Of a DNA stretch of 64,000 nt, positions 63,638-64,000 are shown in pieces; within the stretch, counting starts at the first letter, position 1; every line of letters starts with the position of its first letter. The stretch comes from Mobula hypostoma (Eukaryota), in assembly GCF_963921235.1 (NCBI RefSeq), contig NC_086118.1, forward strand, positions 19,842,001 to 19,906,000. Direction: 5' to 3'. The notes beneath the pieces were generated by a model, which was not told the origin of the DNA, did no database searches, and worked only from the letters and a program-made list of their open reading frames with translations. A program made the position numbers and the translations under genes.

Positions 63638-64000
63638 TCTGCAATCTTCGACAATCCTCTACACTATCCACAACATCACCAACCTTTGTGTCATCTGCAA
63701 ACTTGCCAACCCACCCTTCTACCCCGACATCCAGGTCGTTAATAAAAATCACGAAAAGCAGAGGTCCCAGAACTGATGCTTGTGGGACACCACTAGTCAC
63801 AATCTGAATGTACTCCCTCCACCACCACCCTCTGCCTTCTGCAGGCAAGCCAATTCTGAATCCACCTGGCCAAACTTCCCTGGATCCCATGCCTTCTGAC
63901 TTTCTGAATAAGCCTACCGTGTGGAACCTTGTCAAATGCCCTATTAAGATCCACGTAGATCACATCCACTGCACTACCCTCATCTATATGCCTGGTCACT
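63638..64000 (-). mobile_element. CR1 family B RT fragment; continues beyond window end
   Basis: Near-identical to ~8522-8890. Confidence 0.95.

Overview
Repeat-dense, non-genic (intergenic or intronic) vertebrate DNA. The repeat repertoire (CR1 LINEs with octamer tails, Rex1/Babar LINEs, Penelope pseudo-LTRs, HE1/V-SINEs, a Deu-domain SINE) points by inference to a cartilaginous fish, probably a ray. I can support no host protein-coding exon, and every long ORF is transposon-derived. Main contents: several CR1 LINEs (one near full length with a zinc finger + SGNH-esterase ORF1), a decayed full-length Gypsy element (PNMA-like gag, tRNA-Pro PBS, two LTRs, nested mariner-type MITE), an older Gypsy relic with a tRNA-Leu PBS, a solo LTR, L1-clade LINEs, Penelope-like elements carrying minimal hammerhead ribozyme motifs, and a composite hAT element. 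The most notable structures are hammerhead-bearing Penelope derivatives (including a 215-bp palindromic mini-element with a 13-bp TSD), a twin-primed (5'-inverted) L1 with a 15-bp TSD and a nested CR1, a 446-bp templated inverted duplication, and templated insertions at the same site in two CR1 copies. There is also a possible pseudo-dUTPase domain in the Gypsy pol. I see no convincing evidence for a wholly new biological system. All family names come from motif recognition, not database searches.
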